A stretch of DNA of 64,000 nucleotides, from positions 64,001 through 128,000 of IMG/VR virus record IMGVR_UViG_3300013114_000583; one strand, 5' to 3'. Within the stretch, counting starts at the first letter, position 1; the number at the start of each line of letters is the position of its first letter. Shown here in pieces: positions 45,994-54,668 of this stretch. The translations under genes and the position numbers were made by a program. This stretch comes from a virus. The notes beneath the pieces were generated by a model that saw only the letters and a list, made by a program, of their open reading frames with translations, was not told where the DNA came from and did no database searches.

Positions 45994-47631
45994 TTAACCA
46001 ACGTAGATAGAACCCATGTTAGGGATCTTTTGCAAAGCTTTGTCTGTATTCTCTGCCAGAGTGGCATCTTGCTCAGCCAATTTTCCATACGTCAACTCTT
46101 TGAGGGTATTTTGTAATTCTTCCTTTAACGATTTTATTTCGGCCTGGGCCTGTGTTATCAACTCAGTGCCATTTAGTTTTAAGTCTGACCCTGGAATGGG
46201 GACGGAACCAAATTTTGATCTCACCTGGCCCAAGGTCTCCTTGCACAATGCCAAGGCATATCTTCTTATCCACTGTTTTCCAATAGAATTTATATTCGCG
46301 AACGGAATGTTGCCAAAGGGCAATGTGTTCATATTATTCACGCCCTCAGTAATAGGGTCAGAATCAGAATCATCGTCCACTATAGAAAACCTAACCCACA
46401 TTTTAGATGGCGAAAAGTTTTGAGGAATAGGAAATATCCTTATTTGACTATTATTCTTTATTTCATAAGAAAAATGAGACATTCTTGTATAAATCGCATC
46501 CTCAAAAGCCATGGCCTGGGCCTTATTCTCCCAAACCGGAACCAGCTGAAATGTTGCATCATCTGTGAATTGACCATAATTATGCAGGTTGCCCACAACA
46601 TTCAAACCTCCGTAATATCCATAAAATCTCCACATTGCGTGTGGAGTTTTATAGAAAACTTGTTTAACAATAATCTTTTTACCATCTAACTTTCCAGCAT
46701 ACGGAAAGGTATCCTCGCCACCGGTAAAGTTAGTTATTGTTAGGTGATCTGAGCTTTGAGCAATCTCTTGGTTTCCTGCAGTCCCACCAGAATCTTGTGT
46801 TAATGCTACGGTACTTTCTGTGGCGCCGGCAGTCACACCTAGTGTTGTCACGTTGTTGATAGCTGTTTCCATGCGCGCAGCAACTGCCTGAACTGTTGCA
46901 TCATTTTCAATTCCAACTTCTCCATTGGTTGTAACGTTCCCAACTGTTTTAAAGGTAAAAATTTGTGATTTTCCAGATGCATCAGTTAAGGTGAAAGTGC
47001 TATCATTGGCTGGAATCGTTGCAACTGTTAATTTTCCCTCTCCTGATGGGTTTGTGGAGGCCTCGAAAATTTCTTGTAAATCGTAATCCTGACGGCCGAT
47101 AGCAACATCAAAAGACCCAGAATACTCAATAGACCCCATCGTGCCGACTTCTGCAGAAACGCCCATCGCGATGCGACGAGTAAGATCATAAGAAAACTTT
47201 GGATATTTCAATGTTGTGCCGCGAGAAGCAGCAGTTTTATCTGAATCCGACCCCAATGAAGAAGATAAGGCAGTATCTATCATATTGCCCTTGCTGTCAA
47301 AGGAACCAGTTGGATTTCCCAAAGATCTAGCTAGCGTATTCGTTGCTTGATGTAAGTTTATTGTGTAAGAATATTCAAGGGTTGACTCTTCATACGCCGA
47401 GTATACACTTCCGGTTGTTAGTTCAATGTCCAGGATGTCGCCGCCCAGCTTCTTATAAACATATGAAACTTGCTCGGAGGCGCCAGTAAGAAAGTTAACA
47501 TCATACAAATCTGATTCAGGGTTCGAATATATTTTATATGGTACCTCTGCGTTAACAGAGGCAGAGTCTCCAGCAGATGGGAGCACAGCTGAACTTAAAA
47601 CACTTTTTGGTGTCAAAATCGGAACAGACAT
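45994..47631 (-). CDS. Neck protein (gp13-like adaptor) with an inserted domain
   Basis: KLGGDILDIELT, WIRRYALALCKETLGQVRSKF..PIPG..LNG. Confidence 0.88.
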   Translation of the reverse strand: MSVPILTPKSVLSSAVLPSAGDSASVNAEVPYKIYSNPESDLYDVNFLTGASEQVSYVYKKLGGDILDIELTTGSVYSAYEESTLEYSYTINLHQATNTLARSLGNPTGSFDSKGNMIDTALSSSLGSDSDKTAASRGTTLKYPKFSYDLTRRIAMGVSAEVGTMGSIEYSGSFDVAIGRQDYDLQEIFEASTNPSGEGKLTVATIPANDSTFTLTDASGKSQIFTFKTVGNVTTNGEVGIENDATVQAVAARMETAINNVTTLGVTAGATESTVALTQDSGGTAGNQEIAQSSDHLTITNFTGGEDTFPYAGKLDGKKIIVKQVFYKTPHAMWRFYGYYGGLNVVGNLHNYGQFTDDATFQLVPVWENKAQAMAFEDAIYTRMSHFSYEIKNNSQIRIFPIPQNFSPSKMWVRFSIVDDDSDSDPITEGVNNMNTLPFGNIPFANINSIGKQWIRRYALALCKETLGQVRSKFGSVPIPGSDLKLNGTELITQAQAEIKSLKEELQNTLKELTYGKLAEQDATLAENTDKALQKIPNMGSIYVG

Positions 47632-47649
47632 TAAAAACCCTCCTGATAG

Positions 47650-47656
47650 TAATTAG
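47650..47656 (-). promoter_or_regulatory. Putative late promoter motif CTAATTA(CTA)
   Basis: Directly after the capsid terminator, upstream of the neck gene. Confidence 0.6.
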
Positions 47657-47662
47657 GAGTTG

Positions 47663-47699
47663 GAAAAAGAAAACCCCGCCTGACATGCAGGCGGGGCTT
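47663..47699 (-). terminator. Intrinsic terminator after the major capsid gene
   Basis: CCCCGCCTG-CATGT-CAGGCGGGG followed by TTTTCTTTTT. Confidence 0.9.
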
Positions 47700-47723
47700 A
47701 AAACTATGGGTTATTTATCAATA

Positions 47724-49787
47724 TTAACCCAAGAGGTCCTGAACAACGACAATGCCGTACAAATCAGGACGAACCATCTTCTTCGCATAACGGGTCATGA
47801 CACCTTTACGCGGCACGAAGTCTTCCGTGCCGAAGATAGTGGGAGTGGTCTGTAGTGGTACATATGGGGCGTACACAAAACCGCTCTCAAGGAAGGAACT
47901 TCCCTTGCGACCAATCAAAATCACATTACGCAAGAAGTAAGGATCGACGTAAACGTCAAATTTCTTGCTGAGCGATCCGACATTAACTGCACCGATCTGG
48001 CCCTTCTCCTGATCATGGGTTGCACGAGCGCGAAATCCGCTTGTGAACTCAAGAATGTTTGCAATCTCGGGAGAGCAAACAACGAAGTTAGCGCCGCCTC
48101 GGAGTGTCTTTCTGTGGATCTGAGCACTCACGTCGTTGATCGTTTCAATGAGTGTCTCATACCACTCAGAAACGGTACCCGTGAAGTCAGGTCCAGCCGT
48201 CCCATTAACAGTAAGGTCTGTGCCCGCTACGCGGTCAAGGAACTTACCAGGGTGACGACTCCAATGCATCGTCTGGGCCGTCGCGCCTCTAACAAGGTCA
48301 CCAAGGATCTCCTGGTCGATTTCGAGAGCAATCTGCTCCGAAAGGATTCCGGTGAGCTCAACCTCAGCATCCAAGTTGTGATAAGCATTGAGATCCTGAG
48401 CGAGCTCTGGAGTCCACTTAGCCTTCAGCTTCTTGGTCTGTGCGGTCACTGCGACACTGTCGACCTTAATGTCGATCTCGGGGATGACATTCTTGCCGGC
48501 CTCTCCTTGGCCACTTCCGCGCTTGCCGGTACCAGGTGATGGCTCTTCAAGGCCCCACTGGTCAACACCAACGAGAGAACCAAGTCCGACACCGTCCTTA
48601 AGGCTATCCTTAATGGGCGCAGCAAGCTCAAGAGAAACCTGCGAATCGTCCCTAAAGATGGCTTCCAGAAGAGCTTTCTTTTCTGCGGCAGTCATATCCC
48701 CCATAATCGGAGTACCAGCCTTCTCCAAGGCTTCGACTTCGCCCATGGTATCGGTCTTGAGGGTGGTCAGCGTCTTATCACCGGTGTTATTAACCGACTG
48801 TAAGGCAAAGACAAGTTGCGAAATACCGTTAACCTGTCTAAGGCCATTATCAGTTGTCAAGTCAAATCGAGTATGCCTTCTCACCAATCGCACGCGGACG
48901 ACGAGATCGTCGTCGTTGTCGGACTGGTGGGCATGCGCTGCAGCGGCGATGTCGTTTCCGCCGTTAAGGACAAGGACAAGATCTCCGTTTTTTGGATCAT
49001 GATGTGTTCCCCAAGTGGAGGTGTCTTCGACACCCACGTTACCCGGGAATGCGCCATCGCCGTTGGCTTTGGCAATCTCGACAGCCTGGGGCATGCCTGC
49101 ATCAATTTGGGAGACGATCGTTGCGATCTCGTCGGTACCAGCAGCTGTGCGTGCGGCAATGTTATCTGTTCCTGCAACGGTCACGACAAGGCAACCAACG
49201 CCCTTTAAATCCGCATCAAAGTCAAGAACTGCAGCTGCGCCGCCATCTCCGTAACCAGCGATAGAAACGCCGTCGGATCCGACGTCACAATTTTGGATGA
49301 TGGAAGCTGTTGCTGCGGTATAACCAGTGGATAAGTTATAAAACCCACCCTGATCATCACGACCAGAGAGGCTAATACCACCAGTCAATTCGCTAGCAAC
49401 GCGTCCACCGCCATACAGCGATTCGCCTGCGGCTCCTTGACGACCTCCATCGGCTTTTGTAAAGTCGAGGAAGAAAATGAGTCCCGATGGGAGGCTCATT
49501 GGTTGAACTGAAACAAGTTCATTTGCGATCAATCCGCCGAATACACGACGAACTATCGGGAAAGCAACTGCAGCGAAGCCTTCGACATCACCTGCAGCCA
49601 TCGAGGAAGCTTCACGAAGAAGTTCCTTGGCCTGATTCTCTAAGAGAACGGCCATATTCTGTCGGGTTCGATCATCGCCAATACCTTCAAGAAGTCCGGT
49701 CTTTTCCCACTTGGTAAGAATAGCCTGGCCTTCTCGGCCGACATCGCGATGAACGATACCTTCAGTAAGTTTTTCTAAAACTGACAT
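47724..49787 (-). CDS. Major capsid protein (T4 gp23-like)
   Basis: LLENQ, PIVRRVF, VQPMSLPSGLIF, KLKAKWTPELAQDL.AYH.LDAE.EL, YAPYVPL, GVMTRY. Confidence 0.97.
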   Translation of the reverse strand: MSVLEKLTEGIVHRDVGREGQAILTKWEKTGLLEGIGDDRTRQNMAVLLENQAKELLREASSMAAGDVEGFAAVAFPIVRRVFGGLIANELVSVQPMSLPSGLIFFLDFTKADGGRQGAAGESLYGGGRVASELTGGISLSGRDDQGGFYNLSTGYTAATASIIQNCDVGSDGVSIAGYGDGGAAAVLDFDADLKGVGCLVVTVAGTDNIAARTAAGTDEIATIVSQIDAGMPQAVEIAKANGDGAFPGNVGVEDTSTWGTHHDPKNGDLVLVLNGGNDIAAAAHAHQSDNDDDLVVRVRLVRRHTRFDLTTDNGLRQVNGISQLVFALQSVNNTGDKTLTTLKTDTMGEVEALEKAGTPIMGDMTAAEKKALLEAIFRDDSQVSLELAAPIKDSLKDGVGLGSLVGVDQWGLEEPSPGTGKRGSGQGEAGKNVIPEIDIKVDSVAVTAQTKKLKAKWTPELAQDLNAYHNLDAEVELTGILSEQIALEIDQEILGDLVRGATAQTMHWSRHPGKFLDRVAGTDLTVNGTAGPDFTGTVSEWYETLIETINDVSAQIHRKTLRGGANFVVCSPEIANILEFTSGFRARATHDQEKGQIGAVNVGSLSKKFDVYVDPYFLRNVILIGRKGSSFLESGFVYAPYVPLQTTPTIFGTEDFVPRKGVMTRYAKKMVRPDLYGIVVVQDLLG

Positions 49788-49802
49788 AATTTTGTATCTC
49801 CT

Positions 49803-51005
49803 TTAATTGTTAGTTTTTAATCCTGCTAATTTTTGCATTCTTTCGAAAAATGGACTTTGAGTCTCAATTTTTCTATTGTTTTGCCTTGCGGCTAGTAATA
49901 AGGAAGATCGATGTGTAACAGATTCACTCAATGATTCCGGCATGCGTTCTTTTCGAATGCTTCCCACCGAGTTTCGAAGTGTTTCAAATATAACCTTCGC
50001 TTCTTTAACAGAATCAGCTCTTATAATCGCTTCGACAATTTGTTTCTTTTGTCGCTCATTCAAGGAGACACTTTCTAGAGTCTGATTAATATACAGTAAT
50101 TTCGCATTTGATATATTCACCTCTTCAAGCTTTTCATGAAGGGTATTTGCAATATCGCGTAATTTTCTATTCTCTTCTAAAACCTCTTTTGCATTGTCTT
50201 TCAACAATTTGTTTTCTTTTTGTAATTTCTTTTTTAATTTGGCAATTTTTTCAAGATCTTCTGCAATTTCAGTATCGTGCAAAAGAGCCAGCGCCATATC
50301 TTCGTAATCTTCTAACTGTGATTGTGGCGTATCTTCCCAGCCTGATTTAACTGGCCGGGCGTTTATCTTCACTGATTCAGCCATGCCGCCTTGTTCCATG
50401 CCAGCCAATTTCATTAATATTTGTGCCACTTCCTCATCAGAAGTATCATCGAGCGGCTTTTTTTCCGGCGGAATGTCAGTGTCCTGAATTCCTGTGCCAC
50501 CAATATCTTTCGTGGTGGTGGGTGAAATATCAGCGGGGGCATCTACCGAATCTGTTTGCTGAGCCGGTGCTGATGCGGTCGGGACTGGGAGTTCTTCGGA
50601 ATCCGCAGCCGGCACCACAACGTCTTCTTCCTCAGCAAATAAAGAGCTTATTTCTCTCATCAAATCTTCTTCTGTGTATTGAGCAGAAACATCAATATCC
50701 CCAGTTATTATTTTTTTATCTTCATGTAAAGAAAGAGCTTCGTTAATATGCGAATCTAATTCATCTAAGTCTATGATTATTGAATCATCTTCTGTGGATG
50801 AAAAAGCATCAGGAAGCCTCTTTGCCACTTTATGCAGCTCTTCCTCTTCCTCTTCGAGTGCAGGGTCTTCCTGTTCCAAAAGGGTACTCATGGTTGACTT
50901 GACTTCCTGGGAATATTTTTCTATTATTAAATTTTCGGCGTTTTTCAACGCAGCTTCTTTGAGCGCGGTGGCGTCAACAATAGCTTCTTCTAAAAGAGAT
51001 GACAT
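49803..51005 (-). CDS. Prohead scaffold/core protein (gp22-like)
   Basis: SLLEEAIVDA..LKEAA, LEEVNISNAKLLY, C-terminal RMQKLAGL; directly upstream of the capsid gene. Confidence 0.85.
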   Translation of the reverse strand: MSSLLEEAIVDATALKEAALKNAENLIIEKYSQEVKSTMSTLLEQEDPALEEEEEELHKVAKRLPDAFSSTEDDSIIIDLDELDSHINEALSLHEDKKIITGDIDVSAQYTEEDLMREISSLFAEEEDVVVPAADSEELPVPTASAPAQQTDSVDAPADISPTTTKDIGGTGIQDTDIPPEKKPLDDTSDEEVAQILMKLAGMEQGGMAESVKINARPVKSGWEDTPQSQLEDYEDMALALLHDTEIAEDLEKIAKLKKKLQKENKLLKDNAKEVLEENRKLRDIANTLHEKLEEVNISNAKLLYINQTLESVSLNERQKKQIVEAIIRADSVKEAKVIFETLRNSVGSIRKERMPESLSESVTHRSSLLLAARQNNRKIETQSPFFERMQKLAGLKTNN

Positions 51006-51042
51006 TTAGATGCTCCTATACATACACATAAAGGTTCACTAA

Positions 51043-51049
51043 TAAATAG
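51043..51049 (-). promoter_or_regulatory. Putative late promoter motif CTATTTA(TTA)
   Basis: Intergenic, upstream of scaffold-capsid. Confidence 0.6.
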
Positions 51050-51091
51050 TTACATTTTTCTAAAAAAGATTGGTTTTTAGTTTTACACATA

Positions 51092-51544
51092 CTAGGGAAC
51101 CGGTGTTAGAGTCCCGTCACCCTTTAGTCGAGGATATTTATCATAGGCTGGACCCTTAATACCCGTCAATGTGGCGATGATATTGCAAACAAGGCCGGCT
51201 TCGACCTGGACACGGATTCCTTTTGCTCTTACCGGCAAGGTCATTGTCATTCCAGGATAAACGTGAAAAGGATTTGTTTGTGCATCAGAATCAAAGCTAA
51301 AGATGCACTTATTTACTTCCGTACCGTCAGGGTCGGCCGCGGCGGTGCGCGCCCCATCAACATGATGAACTGCTATTGTTATGTCCCTACTCAATGAATC
51401 GAATGTTTTAAAAGCATCCGCCGCGGCACCAACGATATTATAAACCTGGGGTATGCCTGATATAATATACATCCCTGTAGAATTGACACCAGGCGTATGT
51501 TGCCTCATGAAAGTCGTGCTACCTGTTAAAAATTGTCCTGCCAT
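51092..51544 (-). CDS. Hypothetical protein, probably structural
   Basis: PGVNSTGMYIISGIP N-terminus, beta-rich; lies in the head module. Confidence 0.65.
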   Translation of the reverse strand: MAGQFLTGSTTFMRQHTPGVNSTGMYIISGIPQVYNIVGAAADAFKTFDSLSRDITIAVHHVDGARTAAADPDGTEVNKCIFSFDSDAQTNPFHVYPGMTMTLPVRAKGIRVQVEAGLVCNIIATLTGIKGPAYDKYPRLKGDGTLTPVP

Positions 51545-51777
51545 CAGTTATACCTCTTTACTTTTTCTTTTAATTTGTTTGTGTGCTCGCGAGCTTTTCT
51601 CAGTTTTTCTTTCTTTTTCATGCGTTTCTTTACGCTCTTTTTAGTGAAGCGCTGTCTCTCTCTAACTAGTTCTAAAATGCCAGATTTCTTCACTTTCTTC
51701 TTGAATTTTCGAATCATGACCTCAGGTGGGCCATCTCTCTGTGTCACTTCTACATTCACTGGTGTTCTTCTGCCCAT
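51544..51777 (-). CDS. rpsU: Ribosomal protein bS21
   Basis: V.V...PEVMIRKFKKKVKKSGILELVRERQRFTKKSVKKR matches the bS21 pattern. Confidence 0.88.
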   Translation of the reverse strand: MGRRTPVNVEVTQRDGPPEVMIRKFKKKVKKSGILELVRERQRFTKKSVKKRMKKKEKLRKAREHTNKLKEKVKRYN

Positions 51778-51786
51778 AATTCTCCT

Positions 51787-52203
51787 TTACATCAACCTCT
51801 TCCACACTTTGTCCACACCTGGAATCAATTTAGTTATGTCCACGCCTGAATCAGATGGGTCAACGCCTGCCAACGGAGAAGAAGGCACCTCAGGCGATCC
51901 CGGGGTGCCTGCAGACTTCAGTGGACGAGTACCTTCAAACAAATCCATCCCCCCATAGGCGTCCGACCCCACAGCATCAAGCATTCGACGTTTTGTTTCT
52001 TTTAACTTCCTGTTTTCAGCTGCGACCAGCTCTTCCGGATCCCGGGGCGGCCTAGAAGGGCCTGCGATAACCTGCTTGTCAGACAGGCCACCTACCACTT
52101 CTTTTATGATTTTTTTCAAGGCGCCTTCTTCGAAAATAACCTCTTTGACACACTCTTTAACAAGCGGCTTCAAGGCAGCCAGTAACTCTTTTTTATTCAT
52201 CAT
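51787..52203 (-). CDS. Hypothetical head-module protein
   Basis: KKEL...LKPLVKECVKEVIFEE N-terminus; DLFEGT.PL; GVDI. Confidence 0.75.
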   Translation of the reverse strand: MMNKKELLAALKPLVKECVKEVIFEEGALKKIIKEVVGGLSDKQVIAGPSRPPRDPEELVAAENRKLKETKRRMLDAVGSDAYGGMDLFEGTRPLKSAGTPGSPEVPSSPLAGVDPSDSGVDITKLIPGVDKVWKRLM

Positions 52204-52795
52204 TTTCTCTTATTACTTCGTTTAAAGCTCGGTTTATTCGGTCTCTTCGACCGAGGGGATCGCGATCTTTAGCTTCAGACACCATAAAAGCATTTGGAGT
52301 TGAGGGCTCAGAAACCATGTCAAAACATATTAACTGATAATCATCTTGGACATACTTTTTCCCAGCTTTTTCTTTCAAAGAGCCTAAACCACGAGAAGAA
52401 ATTCCTAATTTAACGCCCGCTGAGATCAAATCTTTCAATATTCGGCCCGAGGGCGTGTCAAGTACCTCAATTTTGCCATATACCTTTTGTCCATCATTCC
52501 ATATATCCACAACCAGGTGGGACGCGTTTTTCAAATTAATAACCGAATCATCCGGGTGATCTAACTCACCCAGGGCACGTCGTTCCGTGACTGCTTTTTT
52601 GTAATTTTCAATCTCTTTCATCAAAACTTCAGGTGGGTAAACCCTCTGATTGCCATTTTCAACATTTGCCTCTTGCATAAGTCCAGAAAGATACACTGCC
52701 CCTTCTTCGCGGACCTTCCGCTTTTCCTCTTCAGTCAAGAGGTCTTGGCAAATGCCACCTTCACATAACTCATAAAATTCTCTCAATAATTTCAT
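52193..52795 (-). CDS. Prohead protease (gp21-like)
   Basis: NGNQRVYP, GELDHP, SH, TPSG, GISSRGLGS, FDMVSEPSTPNA. Confidence 0.95.
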   Translation of the reverse strand: MKLLREFYELCEGGICQDLLTEEEKRKVREEGAVYLSGLMQEANVENGNQRVYPPEVLMKEIENYKKAVTERRALGELDHPDDSVINLKNASHLVVDIWNDGQKVYGKIEVLDTPSGRILKDLISAGVKLGISSRGLGSLKEKAGKKYVQDDYQLICFDMVSEPSTPNAFMVSEAKDRDPLGRRDRINRALNEVIRENDE

Positions 52796-52804
52796 TTTTA
52801 TACC

Positions 52805-52885
52805 TCAAAGTGCGGCCGCTAGCCGCACGATACTGCAGCCTGATTTACAACGTCTCACAGGTCTGAGAAATCTTTTGCGCTTCAT
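52805..52885 (-). CDS. Unannotated 26-aa basic peptide MKRKRFLRPVRRCKSGCSIVRLAAAL
   Basis: AAGGAG RBS 9 nt before ATG; its TGA stop overlaps the GAGG RBS of the protease gene. Confidence 0.55.
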   Translation of the reverse strand: MKRKRFLRPVRRCKSGCSIVRLAAAL

Positions 52886-53186
52886 CGTTATTACTCCTTT
52901 CTACCCTGATGCCATTATCATCTATTATTACACTAAAAACATAACTTATTCCAGATGCAGCCGAACCTAAAAACAGGCCTGTAAATAAAGAATAATCATA
53001 ATTAAATAGTGTTGTCCAGGTGTTTGCCAACCACAAAAGTATGCCCACCCAAAATCCAGTACACATGCTACAGGAGAACAAAGTACCAAACCAACCAGTT
53101 TTTGGTCTTATGTGATCAAAAATTTTACCATAAACTATTATCTGTGTCATGCCGCAAGATACAAGCATAAAATACAATAATTCCAT
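52845..53186 (-). CDS. Membrane protein, DUF1360-like
   Basis: IFDHIR...LFSCSMCTGFWVG; three hydrophobic segments. Confidence 0.7.
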   Translation of the reverse strand: MELLYFMLVSCGMTQIIVYGKIFDHIRPKTGWFGTLFSCSMCTGFWVGILLWLANTWTTLFNYDYSLFTGLFLGSAASGISYVFSVIIDDNGIRVERSNNDEAQKISQTCETL

Positions 53187-53188
53187 AA

Positions 53189-53842
53189 TTATCCGTCTTT
53201 TTCTTCTCTTATTATTGAATAATTGTATTGATATCCAAAAGGGCGCACGCGAGTGTCAATTGAGCCTTTATTGTCGGAATGCGGAACATCACCGAGATCT
53301 GTCGAGAAATCATCAGACGGATTCAGCAGGTGGTCTTCGCGATCATCATGATATTGACCAGACAAGTCATAATATGGTTTTTCTTTTTCCAGATATCTAT
53401 ACAAAGAATATATACAAGCCTGAACATTATCGATCCCAGGAACCTTGGATTCTAACATTACATACTCCATAGATCCATATACGTTCCCGCTTCGGATTGT
53501 ATTCGGATCTATCACACCTTTCTTTACCAAAAACTTTCCTAAACGATCTTGAGCACCATAAACATCTTCATGTATTATATCTTTTGGGAAAGCCAAAAAT
53601 TTGTTTTTTGATGGCATCAGAACAATATCGATGGAGTGATGGTCCATTATTAATATATTTCCATCAAGCGTGCGCCTAGCAACAAGTTCAATTTGTATTG
53701 GTGGGCGTTTGTTTATTCCCACAGAAACATCGCCGGGCCGCTGTACATCGATTCCAATATTTTGACCAGGAGCTATGGCTACCCTGACATTGCCATCTAT
53801 TTGGGCTGCAACTTCTGGTTCAATTGAAATCTTAACTGGCAT
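53189..53842 (-). CDS. Hypothetical head-module protein
   Basis: Long ORF coupled to neighbours; ARRTLDGNILIMDH. Confidence 0.75.
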   Translation of the reverse strand: MPVKISIEPEVAAQIDGNVRVAIAPGQNIGIDVQRPGDVSVGINKRPPIQIELVARRTLDGNILIMDHHSIDIVLMPSKNKFLAFPKDIIHEDVYGAQDRLGKFLVKKGVIDPNTIRSGNVYGSMEYVMLESKVPGIDNVQACIYSLYRYLEKEKPYYDLSGQYHDDREDHLLNPSDDFSTDLGDVPHSDNKGSIDTRVRPFGYQYNYSIIREEKDG

Positions 53843-54668
53843 TTTCTGTCATCTCTTCTACTAAGTTTTGTATTTTCAAGACCTTTCTAACAGAAGATTC
53901 TGAAACTTGCTCTTCCTTAAAGGAAGAAATTATATCTTCAACTTTTTTCAGCTTTGTCTTAAAATCTTCGTCTTCTTTGATAATATCACTATTATAACTA
54001 TTTTTAATATCTTTTTTAAGCTTATCTAATTCTTCATTTATAAAAATTTTCAGCTCCAAGCCATTGTCGTTAAACGAAGAAATATACTTATTCAAAAGCA
54101 TTCTTTGGCTTTCTGTTATTTTAGTCGCATATTTGTTATTAAATTTAGCAACAAAAGAATTATAAACAATATCATCAATATGATCCAAATTCATGTCTTT
54201 TAGGTCTTCTTCCGAAATCAAGCTGTTTTCAATTTTTTCCTCTAAAATTACTTTATCTTTCGGAGATAAGTCTAAATTAAAAATAGAATGTACAGAAGCA
54301 ATGCTTTTATAATTTGGAACAAAAGATTTGAACACTGACGCGCCAAGTGTTTTGTTAATAATTTTTATAAGAGCAGTCTGTTCATCAAATATTTTTCTTT
54401 TATCCAGCCTCTCATGAGCAATCTTTGACTCATAAATCAACTTACGAGCGTGTTCACGAGTTATAGAGCCGGATTCATATAACGGTTTATAAATACTAAG
54501 CTCTCTAAACAAAAAAGTATTTTTACTAAAGTGTTCTCTTATTATAGAGCCGACTTGTTTTATTTTAAATTTATTCTGTTTTATCAATGACTTTGTTAAT
54601 TCTCGAACCAAAGCTTCATATAAAAATGCTGTATTTCTTTTTTTATTGTGTCTAAGTCTCATCGTCAC
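53832..54668 (-). CDS. Hypothetical protein downstream of the portal
   Basis: RHNKKRNTAFLYEAL N-terminus; helical. Confidence 0.8.
   Translation of the reverse strand: MTMRLRHNKKRNTAFLYEALVRELTKSLIKQNKFKIKQVGSIIREHFSKNTFLFRELSIYKPLYESGSITREHARKLIYESKIAHERLDKRKIFDEQTALIKIINKTLGASVFKSFVPNYKSIASVHSIFNLDLSPKDKVILEEKIENSLISEEDLKDMNLDHIDDIVYNSFVAKFNNKYATKITESQRMLLNKYISSFNDNGLELKIFINEELDKLKKDIKNSYNSDIIKEDEDFKTKLKKVEDIISSFKEEQVSESSVRKVLKIQNLVEEMTENAS

Noticed and set aside
52810-52828. Intrinsic terminator or SECIS element
   Set aside because: Only a 3-T tail follows the hairpin in mid-operon, and there is no in-frame TGA upstream in this sequence
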